Source: Naegleria gruberi
Taxonomy: Eukaryota
Strand: one strand, 5' to 3'
DNA: 64,000 nt
NCBI GenBank assembly: GCA_000004985.1
Contig: GG738870.1
In this document: positions 11,460-22,396 of the stretch, in pieces
How the letters are laid out: each line of letters starts with the position of its first letter
How positions within the stretch are numbered: the stretch's first letter is position 1
Made by a program: the position numbers and the translations under genes
Notes under the pieces: generated by a model
Told to the model about the DNA's origin: nothing
Seen by the model: only the letters and a program-made list of their open reading frames with translations
The model's database searches: none

Positions 11460-12620
11460 TTATTTCAAAATGTAAACAGCAGAATTTTCCTTACTAGCAA
11501 CAACCAATTCACCATTTTGTCCATTGTAAGCAATTGCCAAATCACATCCATTGAAATTCTTTCCATCGACCTTTTCACAAATCTTGACACCAGATTCCTT
11601 TGTGATTAATTCAATTCTGCATTGTCCACTTGTCTTTTCAATACAGAAAATATCACCATTATCCAAGTGAATAATATCTCCAAGTCTTCCATAATTGTGA
11701 TTTCTATCGAGCTTGTTCAAGACTTTGCCCTTCTTTGACATGGAAACCAATTGATACTTGTTAGTTCCATCTCCAATACACAAATTTCCTTCCAAATCAA
11801 TTGAAACCATAGTTGCATTACTCAATAAACAATTACCATTTGAATCAGAACCCAAAGTATTAGTTACAGAACCATCCTTTCCATTCAAAACTCTAATATT
11901 TGCACTTCTATATTCACTAACAAGTAAATAAACAGTTGAATCACTATCAACACACAAATACAAGTCACCAGTTTCATTGTCAAATGACTTATTCCAGAAA
12001 ACAACCTTTCCATCAAGTGACATTTTAGTGACCCACTTTCTAGAATTACAAAAAACAATTGCATTATCATTGTAATCAATTCTCAAACAAGTAATGGTTT
12101 CTTCCTTAGGTGCCTTAAATTGATATTTGAACAAATGAGTTTTGGCATCGAATACATTAATAGTATAATGACATGCAACAAAAATCAATTGATTTTTAAC
12201 ATCAACTGCACATGTCATTGGATAATCCAAATTAATGTTAGTTTCGTCCTTATCGCCCAACTTGCAAACCTTTTTAAATTCACCACTGAATGGAACTGAT
12301 TTACAACCAACCATGGAAACTTTGTGTTGTGAAAGTTTTGGTGAACGATCGTGAATTTTCTTGTGTAAATCACACAATTTCACACCACCACATTCGGCAC
12401 ATTCGTATTGAGCTGGCCAAGTTTCTCCATGAAACTTTTCACAATGAGAACAGTTATTAGAATTCAAACTCTTCACTTGGGATGCATGATCCTTTGTTTT
12501 GGCAGATGAATTATGGAATGACAAGTGTCCTTCACAGAAATTTAATTTACATGTTGGACATGCATGAGTTGCTTCGGTTTTTTCATCATCTTGAGAACAT
12601 TTATCACAAAAGACAGTCAT
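11460..12620 (-). CDS. B-box zinc-finger / NHL-repeat (beta-propeller) protein, TRIM-NHL-like but lacking a RING, 386 aa
   Basis: There are two B-box-type Cys/His clusters (CDKCSQDDEKTEATHACPTCKLNFCEGHLSFH and CSHCEKFHGETWPAQYECAECGGVKLCDLHKKIH). These are followed by about six NHL-like blades. One exon, ATG start. Confidence 0.6.
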   Translation of the reverse strand: MTVFCDKCSQDDEKTEATHACPTCKLNFCEGHLSFHNSSAKTKDHASQVKSLNSNNCSHCEKFHGETWPAQYECAECGGVKLCDLHKKIHDRSPKLSQHKVSMVGCKSVPFSGEFKKVCKLGDKDETNINLDYPMTCAVDVKNQLIFVACHYTINVFDAKTHLFKYQFKAPKEETITCLRIDYNDNAIVFCNSRKWVTKMSLDGKVVFWNKSFDNETGDLYLCVDSDSTVYLLVSEYRSANIRVLNGKDGSVTNTLGSDSNGNCLLSNATMVSIDLEGNLCIGDGTNKYQLVSMSKKGKVLNKLDRNHNYGRLGDIIHLDNGDIFCIEKTSGQCRIELITKESGVKICEKVDGKNFNGCDLAIAYNGQNGELVVASKENSAVYILK

Positions 12621-13243
12621 TTTGAGTTATTTTTTTTAAAATTTGTTGATTAGTAGTGAGCAGTGAATGATCCATGTTGGTTTAAATATGTCATGCAAAG
12701 GATTGTTTAGCTGTCAAAAGTCAGTGGTGAAAAATTGGTTAATAATTGAACTGATTGGAAGTCCTTTTTACTTAACTCCATATTTGGTTGGGGCAGTGAT
12801 AATCAACAAACTTCATAATGTAGTCATAGTACATGGGAATGCAAACAAGTTTTTTGAGATCTATTAAGTTTTCACATAGCACAGTTGACTGACTCAATTT
12901 TCCTAGGAGATCTGCAATGCAATCATATTCATTAGATTGTAATATTGATTTGTCCACAGATCTGATTACAAAGAATATGATCTACTATTTTAATGTTATT
13001 GTTAGAAAATTAAAAATTTTGCCAATTAAGGGTTTAGTTTTAATATTTCGAATAAAAACCTTAAACTATTTTCGAATATTTTAGAAATAATTATTATAAA
13101 GCATCAGAAAGAAAAAACCTCACATTTTTTTTGAATCAGTGAAGACAGAAATATCTCTCAATAGCCTCATTCCAACACCCATAAGAAAATGTTCTGACAT
13201 GTGAAATAACAAGTCAGCACTCAAAAAACAACTTTAAAAAAAA

Positions 13244-13754
13244 ATGGCAACTTGGTCATCAGGTTTATTTGACTGTGTTGATGATACAAACTCGTGCATG
13301 TATTCATTTGTTTGTACTCCTTGTGCAATGGCAAATGCTAAATCACATGTTGATGGATCTTTTTGGATTTTCAATTGTTTGATATCAACTTTCATTCCAT
13401 GTATTGCTTCACCTGCTTATAGACATACAATTAGAAGTAGTTACGGAATCAAGGTTTGTGTTATTCTTCTTGTTACATTCCGATAGAAATTTTAATTTTT
13501 ATTCGAATGTTGTTTTTTATTCGAAATTTGTGTGATGGAAATTTGTATTTAAATATATTATAGGGAAATATTACTAATGATTGTGCTACTGGAGTGATTT
13601 GTTCGTGTTGTTCAACAGCTCAACTTTTGAGAGAAGCTCAAGGTTAGTAGTTTGATGAAATATTTATTTATTCGAAAATTTGGATAAACTAATGTAATGC
13701 GATGTTGTTTTTTTGGATATAGCAAGAGGACCAAGTACATATTCCATGTTCTAA
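13244..13754 (+). CDS. PLAC8 / FW2.2-like cysteine-rich protein. Three exons: 13244-13453, 13564-13642, 13723-13754
   Basis: PLAC8 signature: WSSGLFDCVDDTNSCMYSFVCTPCAMA, then YGIK|GNITNDCATGVICSCCSTAQLLREAQ across the first intron. The second donor is GTTAGT at 13643. Exon total is 321 nt = 106 aa. The first donor, GTTTGT, is weak. Confidence 0.6.
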
Positions 13755-13940
13755 TTTGATGATGTTTTGAATATTATAATAAATTTATTTTATTAAAGTT
13801 TAGTTTTCACCATTTTGGAAATAATTAGAACGATATTTAGGTTTTGAAAAGGAAATATAAATTGGCAGAGGTATTTGATTTAGAAAACTCTTTATTTCAA
13901 AATTGTTGTTTCTTCAAAAAGGTTTACAAAACATGTGATA

Positions 13941-16730
13941 TTACATTCCATTACTACTTATTGAACTTGCAGTGTTTCCACTACTTGCACTACTACTTGC
14001 ACCATCTGATTGATTCTTCAATGCAACTCTATAGGCCAAGTGTAACCAAGGAGTGTAGAGATTCTCACCACTCATTGAGCTCAATTCAAAGTAGAGCATA
14101 TTGTTGGTGAAGAGTTTGATTCTGGAACCACCATAGGAATGAAGGAATTGAGTGATTCTTTCGTTGGATATTTTAGGTTCCAGATCAGATTTCAATCCAC
14201 AAACGAACACGTAAATATCCTCATTTTGTAAGCACTTTTCAAATAGATTTCTATTTTCTAACAAGTTAAGCTCTGGTGATTTGGTTGCTTGTTGTTTGAA
14301 AATGTACTTGTCGAATAGCTGTAACATATCATCGAATGATTCTGGTCTACTCAAATCAAAACAGAGCATGATTGCTTTGCAAACTTTCAAATAGAGTGGA
14401 ATTAAATTAAGGAATCTTTTCATACCAGAAGTGTCCCATACACTCAGAGAAATGATTGGATTGTACCTTGTCATGATATAGCTGTCAGCCTCTGATGAAA
14501 TTGAATCATCATCTTCCTGAATTTCTGCTGTACCCGTTGGTGTTGGCAAATTAACTTTCACATGTTTCATCAAGTAGGTAGCGCCAATAGTTGATTCAAT
14601 ATATTCAATCTTTTTCACTCGACTTCTATGTTCTACTGTATCTAAATGATTTGAGATGGCCTCCTTCAACATGTAGACCCAAGAGGATTTTCCAGAGGTA
14701 GAATCACCAATGAGACAGACCTTAATTTCGATCATACTCAATCGATATTCTAAACTTTGTGTATTTACATTGTTATGGAATGCACAATAGTTCATCCATG
14801 GTCCATTTCTATAACCCTTATAGATGGATTTATAGATATTCTTCCAACTACTTAGAACCATGGTTGTTTTTTCCTGTGAGAATGGTGAACTCTCTATCAA
14901 CTCTCTGAGGGTAATGTGATCGATGAAGGATGATCCTTGTTTCTTCTCTCTGTCATCAAAGGTTTCAGCAAATTCTGAACTGCTACTCAAATCTGACATA
15001 CTCAAGTTATTGAGATTGTATGGATAGCTAATCCACAACAATGGATGTTCTGTCCAAATGTAGTGGAAAGATCTGCTGACACGACTCAGGTCAATCAAAT
15101 CTGGAGCTGATAGATAGGATAATATGTGGAACATGATTTCATATGGTACGCTCTCTTCGAGTTGACTCAATGAAATCGATCTTTTACCAAAATCACAATT
15201 ATCCTTCCATCCACCATATTCAAAACGAGCATTTAACACTTTTGAATAGCATTCTCTTCTACATTCTCGAGGGGATTTTGGGATCTTCTTTTCTGATGAT
15301 TTCAAATCGTGTGGGCTGGTCTTCTTTTCTGATGAGGGTGTTGGAGTTTTTGGAGTGGTAGTAGAGGGGTTAAGAGTTGTGGAGATTGCAGAATCAGATC
15401 GAAGGGGAGTAATTGGAGTGGGATTATAATTTGAATTCATGGAAGGAGAAAGAAGGTATGAATTCTGTTGAGTGGAAGAAGAAGGAGATTGAGAGGAACC
15501 AAACATGAGGAATGCTCTTCCTCTTGGTCTTTGAAAAGAATTTGGGGAGGACAGGTAATTGGAAGAGGCGATTGAAGTGGAAGGAGAGCCGAGTGTGGTA
15601 TTGGCCAAAGACGACATGATCATTGTTTCATTTGAGATTACAGTGGAGGAGGTTGTCAAGGTGGTACTCACAAGAGAGGGCATTGTAGTGGCTGAGGCAC
15701 CTGTTGTTTCTACAGTGGAAGTGCTACAGCTTGGTGATATTCCTTTTTTACCCATGATCTCTCGTTTCTCATCAGAATTGGATTGAATTTGTCGGGGTGA
15801 TGATTTGGTTGGTTGCTCGCAATGTATAAAATAATCGTCGTCTATTATTTGTGGATCTGATTCCTCTTCATACTCATCATCATTATATTGAGCTATGAAG
15901 GGAATTACTGTTTTTGGAGGAGAGAGTCTCTTATTCACAACAACTGATTCAAACATTGAGAAGGCAATTTCATAAAATTGTGGATCATTTTCTGGATCCA
16001 AATGTATGGTCCAATCAAAGTTTTCCTTTTCAAAATATGAATCAATCAATTGATGCATTCTTCTATTATAATAGTCGTAGTGAGATTTTGGATACAGGCT
16101 CAAACATTGGTGATCAGCGTGATGATGCACAATTTCACCAATATCATTTTTAGAAATTATAGCACTATCATCCATGTGGCTTCTCAAATAATTCCTCGAA
16201 GTTCTGAATGATGTAAAAACCCCAGCACTTGAATCAACTCCTGTTCTACTTGTTGTTACATCTGTATCTTCTTCTCCAATCAGATCTTGTCCAAAGTCCC
16301 TTCTTGAAAAAGAAGTGGCCAGCAAAGTCAACCCAGGACCTCCTTTCTTTTTAATTTCTCTTCTCTTTGATTGGATATCCATTCCACTACTCGTTGTTGG
16401 TGTAGATTGTTGTTCATTCACTAGTCCTCTATTTTCATTATTCGTTGATGATAACATGTTGATTCCTTGAGGAGTTGAAGGTTGTTGTTGTGGTGAATTA
16501 TTCATCCCTGTTGCTTGATTTTTTCTGTACATTTGATTAACTCGTAAGCTTCCATAATATGATCCTTTAGAAGGACTATTGGCTGATGAATTTAACTGAT
16601 CATTGTTCATAATGATCGGTGATGAAGATGGATTATTGGAAGGATGGGGTGTTGGTATCGATGAAACTTCTTTACTTTCATCATCCTGGGAATTTGAACC
16701 AGAAAGTGCTGATGATCCGTGTTGTCCCAT
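13941..16730 (-). CDS. Large protein (929 aa) combining a Ser/Thr/Asn-rich N-terminus, an F-box and a C-terminal atypical Ras/Rab-like GTPase domain
   Basis: One exon. N-terminal MGQHGS is a possible myristoylation signal. F-box: VPYEIMFHILSYLSAPDLIDLSRVSRSFHYIWTEHPLLW. GTPase G1 KVCLIGDSTSGKSSW; G3 WDTSGMKRF with Met in place of the catalytic Gln; G4-like VCGLKSDL; G5-like LSSMSGEN. Confidence 0.75.
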   Translation of the reverse strand: MGQHGSSALSGSNSQDDESKEVSSIPTPHPSNNPSSSPIIMNNDQLNSSANSPSKGSYYGSLRVNQMYRKNQATGMNNSPQQQPSTPQGINMLSSTNNENRGLVNEQQSTPTTSSGMDIQSKRREIKKKGGPGLTLLATSFSRRDFGQDLIGEEDTDVTTSRTGVDSSAGVFTSFRTSRNYLRSHMDDSAIISKNDIGEIVHHHADHQCLSLYPKSHYDYYNRRMHQLIDSYFEKENFDWTIHLDPENDPQFYEIAFSMFESVVVNKRLSPPKTVIPFIAQYNDDEYEEESDPQIIDDDYFIHCEQPTKSSPRQIQSNSDEKREIMGKKGISPSCSTSTVETTGASATTMPSLVSTTLTTSSTVISNETMIMSSLANTTLGSPSTSIASSNYLSSPNSFQRPRGRAFLMFGSSQSPSSSTQQNSYLLSPSMNSNYNPTPITPLRSDSAISTTLNPSTTTPKTPTPSSEKKTSPHDLKSSEKKIPKSPRECRRECYSKVLNARFEYGGWKDNCDFGKRSISLSQLEESVPYEIMFHILSYLSAPDLIDLSRVSRSFHYIWTEHPLLWISYPYNLNNLSMSDLSSSSEFAETFDDREKKQGSSFIDHITLRELIESSPFSQEKTTMVLSSWKNIYKSIYKGYRNGPWMNYCAFHNNVNTQSLEYRLSMIEIKVCLIGDSTSGKSSWVYMLKEAISNHLDTVEHRSRVKKIEYIESTIGATYLMKHVKVNLPTPTGTAEIQEDDDSISSEADSYIMTRYNPIISLSVWDTSGMKRFLNLIPLYLKVCKAIMLCFDLSRPESFDDMLQLFDKYIFKQQATKSPELNLLENRNLFEKCLQNEDIYVFVCGLKSDLEPKISNERITQFLHSYGGSRIKLFTNNMLYFELSSMSGENLYTPWLHLAYRVALKNQSDGASSSASSGNTASSISSNGM

Positions 16731-17025
16731 TTCTAATAATTTCGAATAAACTTTCCAATACTCTGAATTTCAATGAAAAATCTAACTAATAATACACAAT
16801 ACAATATTATTGCAAATATAAAACACTCGTGTCACTATTAAACAATATATTGTAATCCCTTGTTCCGTCTTGTTCTTTAGCTTTCCAAACAAGAACAAAT
16901 ATTCAAACTCTATCTTAACCAACAACAATATCTCAAAAGTGTTGAATATTATTATTGCTTAACTAAATATTAATGTTAATATTAATAATATTTAATGATG
17001 ATGATGGTGATCGGGGCAGCAAATA

Positions 17026-17115
17026 AACGCAGAAGAAGAAAAACCAAACGCGCGCTGCTGTGGCGGTAAAAGAAAATTCTGTGTTTTCTTTCGAGTCGCT
17101 TTGCGTTCGTGCACA
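17026..17115. promoter_or_regulatory. GC-rich element in an AT-rich intergenic region, sharing a ~30-nt motif with 26296-26330
   Basis: gcagcaaataaacgcagaagaa...cgcgcgctgctg here; gcagcaaataagcgaaaagaacgtgcgctactt at 26296-26330. Both lie 240-300 bp upstream of a start codon. Confidence 0.4.
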
Positions 17116-18032
17116 GAGTTCGAAGGTGAGCGCTTTTTTTTTTTTCAGTTTCGTTATGGACAAGACATTTGATGCTGGCTGGTGAAATAATTGATCAAAT
17201 GTTTCTTGGTTTGCCTTAGTGTTGACAAATTTGATTAATCTGACTGTGTGAGGCTTGGAGGAAAAAGAAAGATATTGGTGCACTTGGCAGAAGGGTTTGA
17301 TTCGATTGTTGAGGTTATTGGTGAAATGTGGCATTATGAATGGGAGCAAGATGATGTGATTTAATTGATAGAATTAAACATGCCAATAGTTGCTGGAGTA
17401 TACATATGTTGTTCAGTCTCTATTGCTAGTTTGTATTGTTTTGAACATGATGTAATGGCAAATAAGCAATGATGGGCACCAGTACTGGTGCTTTACCATC
17501 TACATTAGTAATCACATGTGCTGTTGCTTACTCATGTAATTTCATCAATCGTTGGGTGTATAATACATGTTACATGTAAATGAATTAATTATGGCTTAAT
17601 ACTATGTTATTGGTTGTTTATTGATTTTTTTGTTGAATGTGGGCATCTATGCCATGTGCATGTTTGAGTAATGTTGTGTGGAGAGTATACACTCTTGCAA
17701 ATTGATGCGTTTCATTGAACTGGAGTTTTTTCAAAAATGTTCAAAATAGGATGACTCAAATATCAAAGTTTGCTCAATTGTAAATCATTGAGAGCATTGG
17801 GATTCTAAATCAACTGATTATTAAGGGTCAAAATTGTACAAATAAGAACAATAATGGAATTTTTGAAAATGCAACGAATTTAACAACGTTTCAAAACGCA
17901 TGTAATGATTCAAGTGCTTGACCATGCTCACCAAATTTTCAAAGCCCATAATAAAAGAATTAAGCCTTTGTTGAAACGCTCTTTCCATGTGTTTCTGTCT
18001 CATTTACAACCCATTTTTAATTTGAATGTGAA

Positions 18033-18113
18033 GCAGGGGTTCCCGAGTGGTCAAAGGGGGTAGACTCAAGTTCTACTGCGCAAGCTTCGTGGGTTCAAAT
18101 CCCACCTTCTGCA
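18033..18113 (+). tRNA. tRNA-Leu (anticodon CAA), class II with long variable arm
   Basis: Acceptor stem gcagggg/cttctgc with two G-U pairs. D-arm cccgagtggtcaaagggg. Anticodon stem gtaga/tctac around the loop ctCAAgt. T-arm gtggg-ttcaaat-cccac. Discriminator A, followed by ATTTT, a Pol III terminator. Eukaryotic type, 81 nt. Confidence 0.85.
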
Positions 18114-18564
18114 ATTTTGTTTTTGATTTTTCTGCTTGTCCTTTTTTTAATATTTAAATATTATCCGATAGTATTTGTTGTAGCCTATATATCATGTTTG
18201 AATGAAACCATGAAGATATATGTTCATCGAGAAAATAGCCTCAGATTGAATACCTTCAGATTTGCCCTATTTTTTCAGCAAAAACAAAATCATCCCTTTA
18301 ATACCAAACTCTTCAGAATTTCAAAACATGTGTTTTTATCGATCAACCTTCATGCACAACATGAACAATTCTATGAGTGTAACATTCAACAAAAAAATAC
18401 AGAGATATTAATGTAACAAGGAACCATTCGATGATCTTGTAAAAACCACGAATTTCCTTTCCATATTTATACCTGTGAAAAAACAAAAGTGGAATGAATT
18501 GATCAAAAGAGAAAATTAGAAGCCTAAATGATAAATCTCACACAATAACCACAACAACAAAAAA

Positions 18565-20916
18565 ATGAATTCATACGAAAGTTTAAAAACTATTCGAATC
18601 CCTGTGGAGGTGAAGAAGCACGTTTCTCATGGATCAACAGCTTCTACCAACACATCACTAGAAGATCAAATAGTTCACCAACTAATGAATTACAGTGAAG
18701 ATGCCGTTGTAAAGGGCTACCTTTCCCTCCACGTGCCACTTCCACCTAATCTTGTAAATTATTCGAAAGATTTCTCAACCGATCCACAAACTTTAGAACA
18801 ATTCATGAGTGATTCCAATCCAAGAATTGAAACTTGTAAGCCACGCCATCAAGATAGACAACACCAACATGAAATTAAGAGAGTTTCTGCATCGATCAAG
18901 AGCCAAGTTGAAAAACAAAGTCAACCAGAAAACAAGGTTGACAAAAGTCAATGGATTGCCAGGGCAATGAAGAGAAATCCACATATATTGGCTTTATTGG
19001 AAAGGTCTCGTCCACTGAATAATCAACCATCCCTATCAATGATCAAACCAAGACAATCATCAACAAATTCTAGTCAACCGACAAGTGAAACTAATTCTCC
19101 AAGAAGTACTGCCTCTCCAACAGTTGCCACTGATCACAATCCAGGAGGAACTGTTAATATGGATCTACTCTCTTCAAAGGGAAGAGATTCAATGAAGTCA
19201 TCACTCACAGAATCACCAAACTCTAGCTCTCATAATTTGCTCAAGTACATGTCAGCTGTTCAAGTTGACCAACAGATTGTGACCAATATTGAAGAAAAGA
19301 AGAGCATTTTAGACTATTCCACCTTCTTGGGAACTGTTGAAAATAAGGAAGTTCTCCCTCGTGAAGGATTACTTCAAATCATTTATCAATTCATGGCTCA
19401 GAAAGGTTATTACAATACCATTAAGGAAATGGAAAAGGAAACTGGTATAAAATATAATGGTTTCAGATCTGAGAAGGCTTCTAATAGGGATACTCTGATG
19501 GAAACTCTACTAAGTCTCGGAATTCAAGATGCTGAAAATCCATATCAATTACCACCTTCAGATTTTGTGAATGTTAACAAAGATAGTGAGATTCCAACGG
19601 CAAGCATTCATCATCATTACGATCCAAAGTTCGTCAAGGAAATGCAAATACCATTGTGGGAAGAGTTAGCTCAATCTGATGAAGATTCAATTGTAATGGA
19701 GGGAAAGGAAGTCAAAGCAGCAACCCTTAATAGACTGATTGAAATGGTGACAAGCACTGAAGCAGATACCAAGATTGGAATTCAAAGTTTCTTGGTGACT
19801 TATCGTTCTTTCACTGATCCTGGAATTCTTTTGAAGAAATTATGTGAAAGATATCAAGTTCCAAATCGTATTCCATCCAGTGAGAGAATTCAGATCCAAT
19901 TGAGAACTAGTGCTGTTTTCATCAAATGGATTGAAGATTACTTCTCATGGGATTGGAATGATAACATGATTTATGAATTCTTGCTATTCATTGACAAGTA
20001 TATTATGAAAGATAAGAAAATTGTGGGAGACAAACTCAAACAGAAATTAGCTCAAAAATTAGTTTTCAAGAGTAAGGACAATACTCTGGTATTTAGTGAA
20101 CAGTTTATTTATCCAGAGGTTCCAAAAAATGTATTCTCTTCCAAGTTATCTATTTGGGATATTAAGGATGAAGAGTTGGCAAAGCAATTGACATTTATGG
20201 ATCATAACATTTATAGAAATATTGAACCACATGAATTGTTGGATTGTGCTTGGTCAAAGGCAAATCTTAGACATAGAGCAAAGAATATTCTTCAATCCAT
20301 TTCGTATGTAGAAACCCTATCAAATTGGTTAGAATGTCAAATTGTAAGAGAAGAATCTTTGAGAGAAAGAAAGATGAAACTTTCCAGATTGATGAAACTT
20401 GCCATTCTCATGAACAAGCTCAACAATTTCAATTCTCTAATGGCACTGTCTTCCACCTTCAACAAATCCTCAGTACATCGTCTCAAATTTACAATTGCAG
20501 AAATAGACGAAACTCTAAAAAAGGAATTTGATGAAGCCATTGCCATTGTCGATCCAAAGAAACAGAAAAACTATTCCACTCTTCGTAATCACATCAAGAA
20601 AGTTGCCAAACCTCCACTAAATGTCTTCCTAGGAGTTTATCAAACCGATCTCATCATGATTGAGGAAGGAAATCCTGATTTCACATCCAATTCCAATGAA
20701 AGAACATTAATTAATTGGAAGAAGAGAAGATTAGTAGCAACTACCATATCAGAAGTGATGGATTTCAAGAATCCACCGTATAACATTAGACCAGTTCAAC
20801 AAATTCAAGAATTATTGAGGACAACTTTTGAAAATCATGACATTACTGATGTGTATGATATTTCAATGCAAGTTGAGCCTAGAAATACTGTTAGAAAAGA
20901 AGATTTAGTTCCATAA
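18565..20916 (+). CDS. Ras guanine-nucleotide exchange factor with LisH-like motif, RasGEF N-terminal (REM) domain and CDC25-homology domain, 783 aa
   Basis: CDC25 motifs: ELAKQLTFMDHNIYRNIEPHELLDCAWSK, NFNSLMALSSTFNKSSVHRL, VFLGVYQTDLIMIEEGNPD. REM-like: EGKEVKAATLNRLIEMVTS. LisH-like: LLQIIYQFMAQKGYYNTIKEMEKETG. One exon. Confidence 0.85.
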   Translation: MNSYESLKTIRIPVEVKKHVSHGSTASTNTSLEDQIVHQLMNYSEDAVVKGYLSLHVPLPPNLVNYSKDFSTDPQTLEQFMSDSNPRIETCKPRHQDRQHQHEIKRVSASIKSQVEKQSQPENKVDKSQWIARAMKRNPHILALLERSRPLNNQPSLSMIKPRQSSTNSSQPTSETNSPRSTASPTVATDHNPGGTVNMDLLSSKGRDSMKSSLTESPNSSSHNLLKYMSAVQVDQQIVTNIEEKKSILDYSTFLGTVENKEVLPREGLLQIIYQFMAQKGYYNTIKEMEKETGIKYNGFRSEKASNRDTLMETLLSLGIQDAENPYQLPPSDFVNVNKDSEIPTASIHHHYDPKFVKEMQIPLWEELAQSDEDSIVMEGKEVKAATLNRLIEMVTSTEADTKIGIQSFLVTYRSFTDPGILLKKLCERYQVPNRIPSSERIQIQLRTSAVFIKWIEDYFSWDWNDNMIYEFLLFIDKYIMKDKKIVGDKLKQKLAQKLVFKSKDNTLVFSEQFIYPEVPKNVFSSKLSIWDIKDEELAKQLTFMDHNIYRNIEPHELLDCAWSKANLRHRAKNILQSISYVETLSNWLECQIVREESLRERKMKLSRLMKLAILMNKLNNFNSLMALSSTFNKSSVHRLKFTIAEIDETLKKEFDEAIAIVDPKKQKNYSTLRNHIKKVAKPPLNVFLGVYQTDLIMIEEGNPDFTSNSNERTLINWKKRRLVATTISEVMDFKNPPYNIRPVQQIQELLRTTFENHDITDVYDISMQVEPRNTVRKEDLVP

Positions 20917-21283
20917 ATGTTTCAAAATAAACATGCTTTACAATTTATTGGAAAGAGTTTCATTTTGTAAAGAATTTCAAAAATAACTGTAGAAGAAAGA
21001 GAACTTGTTGTAAACATGCATAAATAGAGTGATCAAAGAGGTGCATACCAAGTTATTATAATGTCCCTTCACCTCATAGAGATTTCCAATTTAGTAATGA
21101 TTACAATTTTCAAAGAAAATCATTTCCCAAAAATAATAGAAACGAATGTGCCATTCTTTTTTTGCGATTCTATCAATGTTCTATTTCTTTGCATTGTTCC
21201 TAATTGTTCTCTTCACAAAAACATTCTTAAAGATTAGTTTGGCTATTCGAAATTAATCAATCAAAAAATTGTTCACAACCAAG

Positions 21284-22396
21284 ATGCAACCATTCGGTGT
21301 GGACAGAACAAACGTCAAGAAAATTGCATATCTGATTGGCTGTTTGTTTCTTCTACTTTCTTTCATTGTAGAATCATCACATGCAAAATCCTATTCAATT
21401 AAATCACTTTCGTCCGAAGTTTACATTCGTGGTGGAGGTGACTGTGCTTTGGATATTGTAGAATATTTCGATTATGAATTCGTTGGATCTTATTCAAGGA
21501 TTGGAAGAGTTCTTTGGTCCAGAATTCAATATGCATATGATGTTTCTGTAACTTTACTTTCGAATAATGCAACGTATAGTATGAGGACATCTATTGAAAC
21601 AATTAATTACTATGATTATATTGTCATGTATTTGAGTCCTTCAACTCCACCAACTGAAACTACAAGAATTTCATTCAAACTTTCGTATACAATTGTACCA
21701 AACACGTATTCTTCAAAATTTATCACCAAATTCATTAATATTGGTGGATTTAATGAAACAAGATATGATATTGATTATTATTATAACAATGCAGAATCAC
21801 CTATTGAAACACTCATTTCCACTTTCATCTTTAGTCCAACAATTTCCTTCAGAAAATATCCTCAACCTGATTCTTTCGAATATGGAATGGCGGTCGATAA
21901 TAGAACTGTTCGAAACCTCAACAAGAATGTTTCAATCCTCTATTCAACAGTCAACTTTCTTCCATCCACTTTACAATTCGATAATTGCTCCACAATAGTT
22001 GACATGAAATATCCAACTCCCGCCAAATCTTCCCGCCAATCAGGAACTACCTTAATACCATTCGAAATATTTGCAATTGTTGCAGGATCATTGGCAGGTT
22101 TTATTTGTATCGTTCTTGCAATTGGTTGTGGAATTGCTTCAAAATATAAGAATCAAGAGACGAAACATCTCAGTTGGTTTGAGTATCTAAAGAAAGGTGC
22201 ATGTTGTACATTATTTGGTGGTGGTGGTGGAGGTGGAAATAATGGTGGAGGAGATGATAGAGGATCAACTGGATATACTTCATTTAATGATAATGATTGT
22301 TCGAATTCTAATTCGAATAATTGGGATTCTGGTGGTGGTGGAGGAGGCGGTAATGATTCGGGAAATAATTGGGGAGGATCTGGATTTGCTGATTAG
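21284..22396 (+). CDS. Type-I membrane protein: signal peptide, extracellular domain, one transmembrane segment and a Gly-rich cytoplasmic tail. Hypothetical
   Basis: The first ATG is 21284 (the track start at 21269 is TTG). Signal peptide: LIGCLFLLLSFIVESSHA. Transmembrane segment: FEIFAIVAGSLAGFICIVLAIGCGIA. The tail contains GGGGGGGNNGGGDD and GGGGGGGND. Confidence 0.55.
   Translation: MQPFGVDRTNVKKIAYLIGCLFLLLSFIVESSHAKSYSIKSLSSEVYIRGGGDCALDIVEYFDYEFVGSYSRIGRVLWSRIQYAYDVSVTLLSNNATYSMRTSIETINYYDYIVMYLSPSTPPTETTRISFKLSYTIVPNTYSSKFITKFINIGGFNETRYDIDYYYNNAESPIETLISTFIFSPTISFRKYPQPDSFEYGMAVDNRTVRNLNKNVSILYSTVNFLPSTLQFDNCSTIVDMKYPTPAKSSRQSGTTLIPFEIFAIVAGSLAGFICIVLAIGCGIASKYKNQETKHLSWFEYLKKGACCTLFGGGGGGGNNGGGDDRGSTGYTSFNDNDCSNSNSNNWDSGGGGGGGNDSGNNWGGSGFAD

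Noticed and set aside
15143-16153. Short antisense ORFs inside the F-box/GTPase gene (15143-15361, 15559-15786, 15914-16153)
   Set aside because: Low-complexity antisense reading of Ser/Thr-rich coding sequence, with no start context or motifs.
16963-17349. 128-aa minus-strand ORF in the intergenic region carrying the GC-rich element
   Set aside because: It translates poly-Asn/Ile AT-rich filler together with the GC island. There is no domain, so a regulatory or ncRNA interpretation is preferred.
17821-18416. Small ORFs flanking the tRNA (17821-18003, 18117-18416)
   Set aside because: AT-rich chance ORFs next to a Pol III gene, with no coding features.
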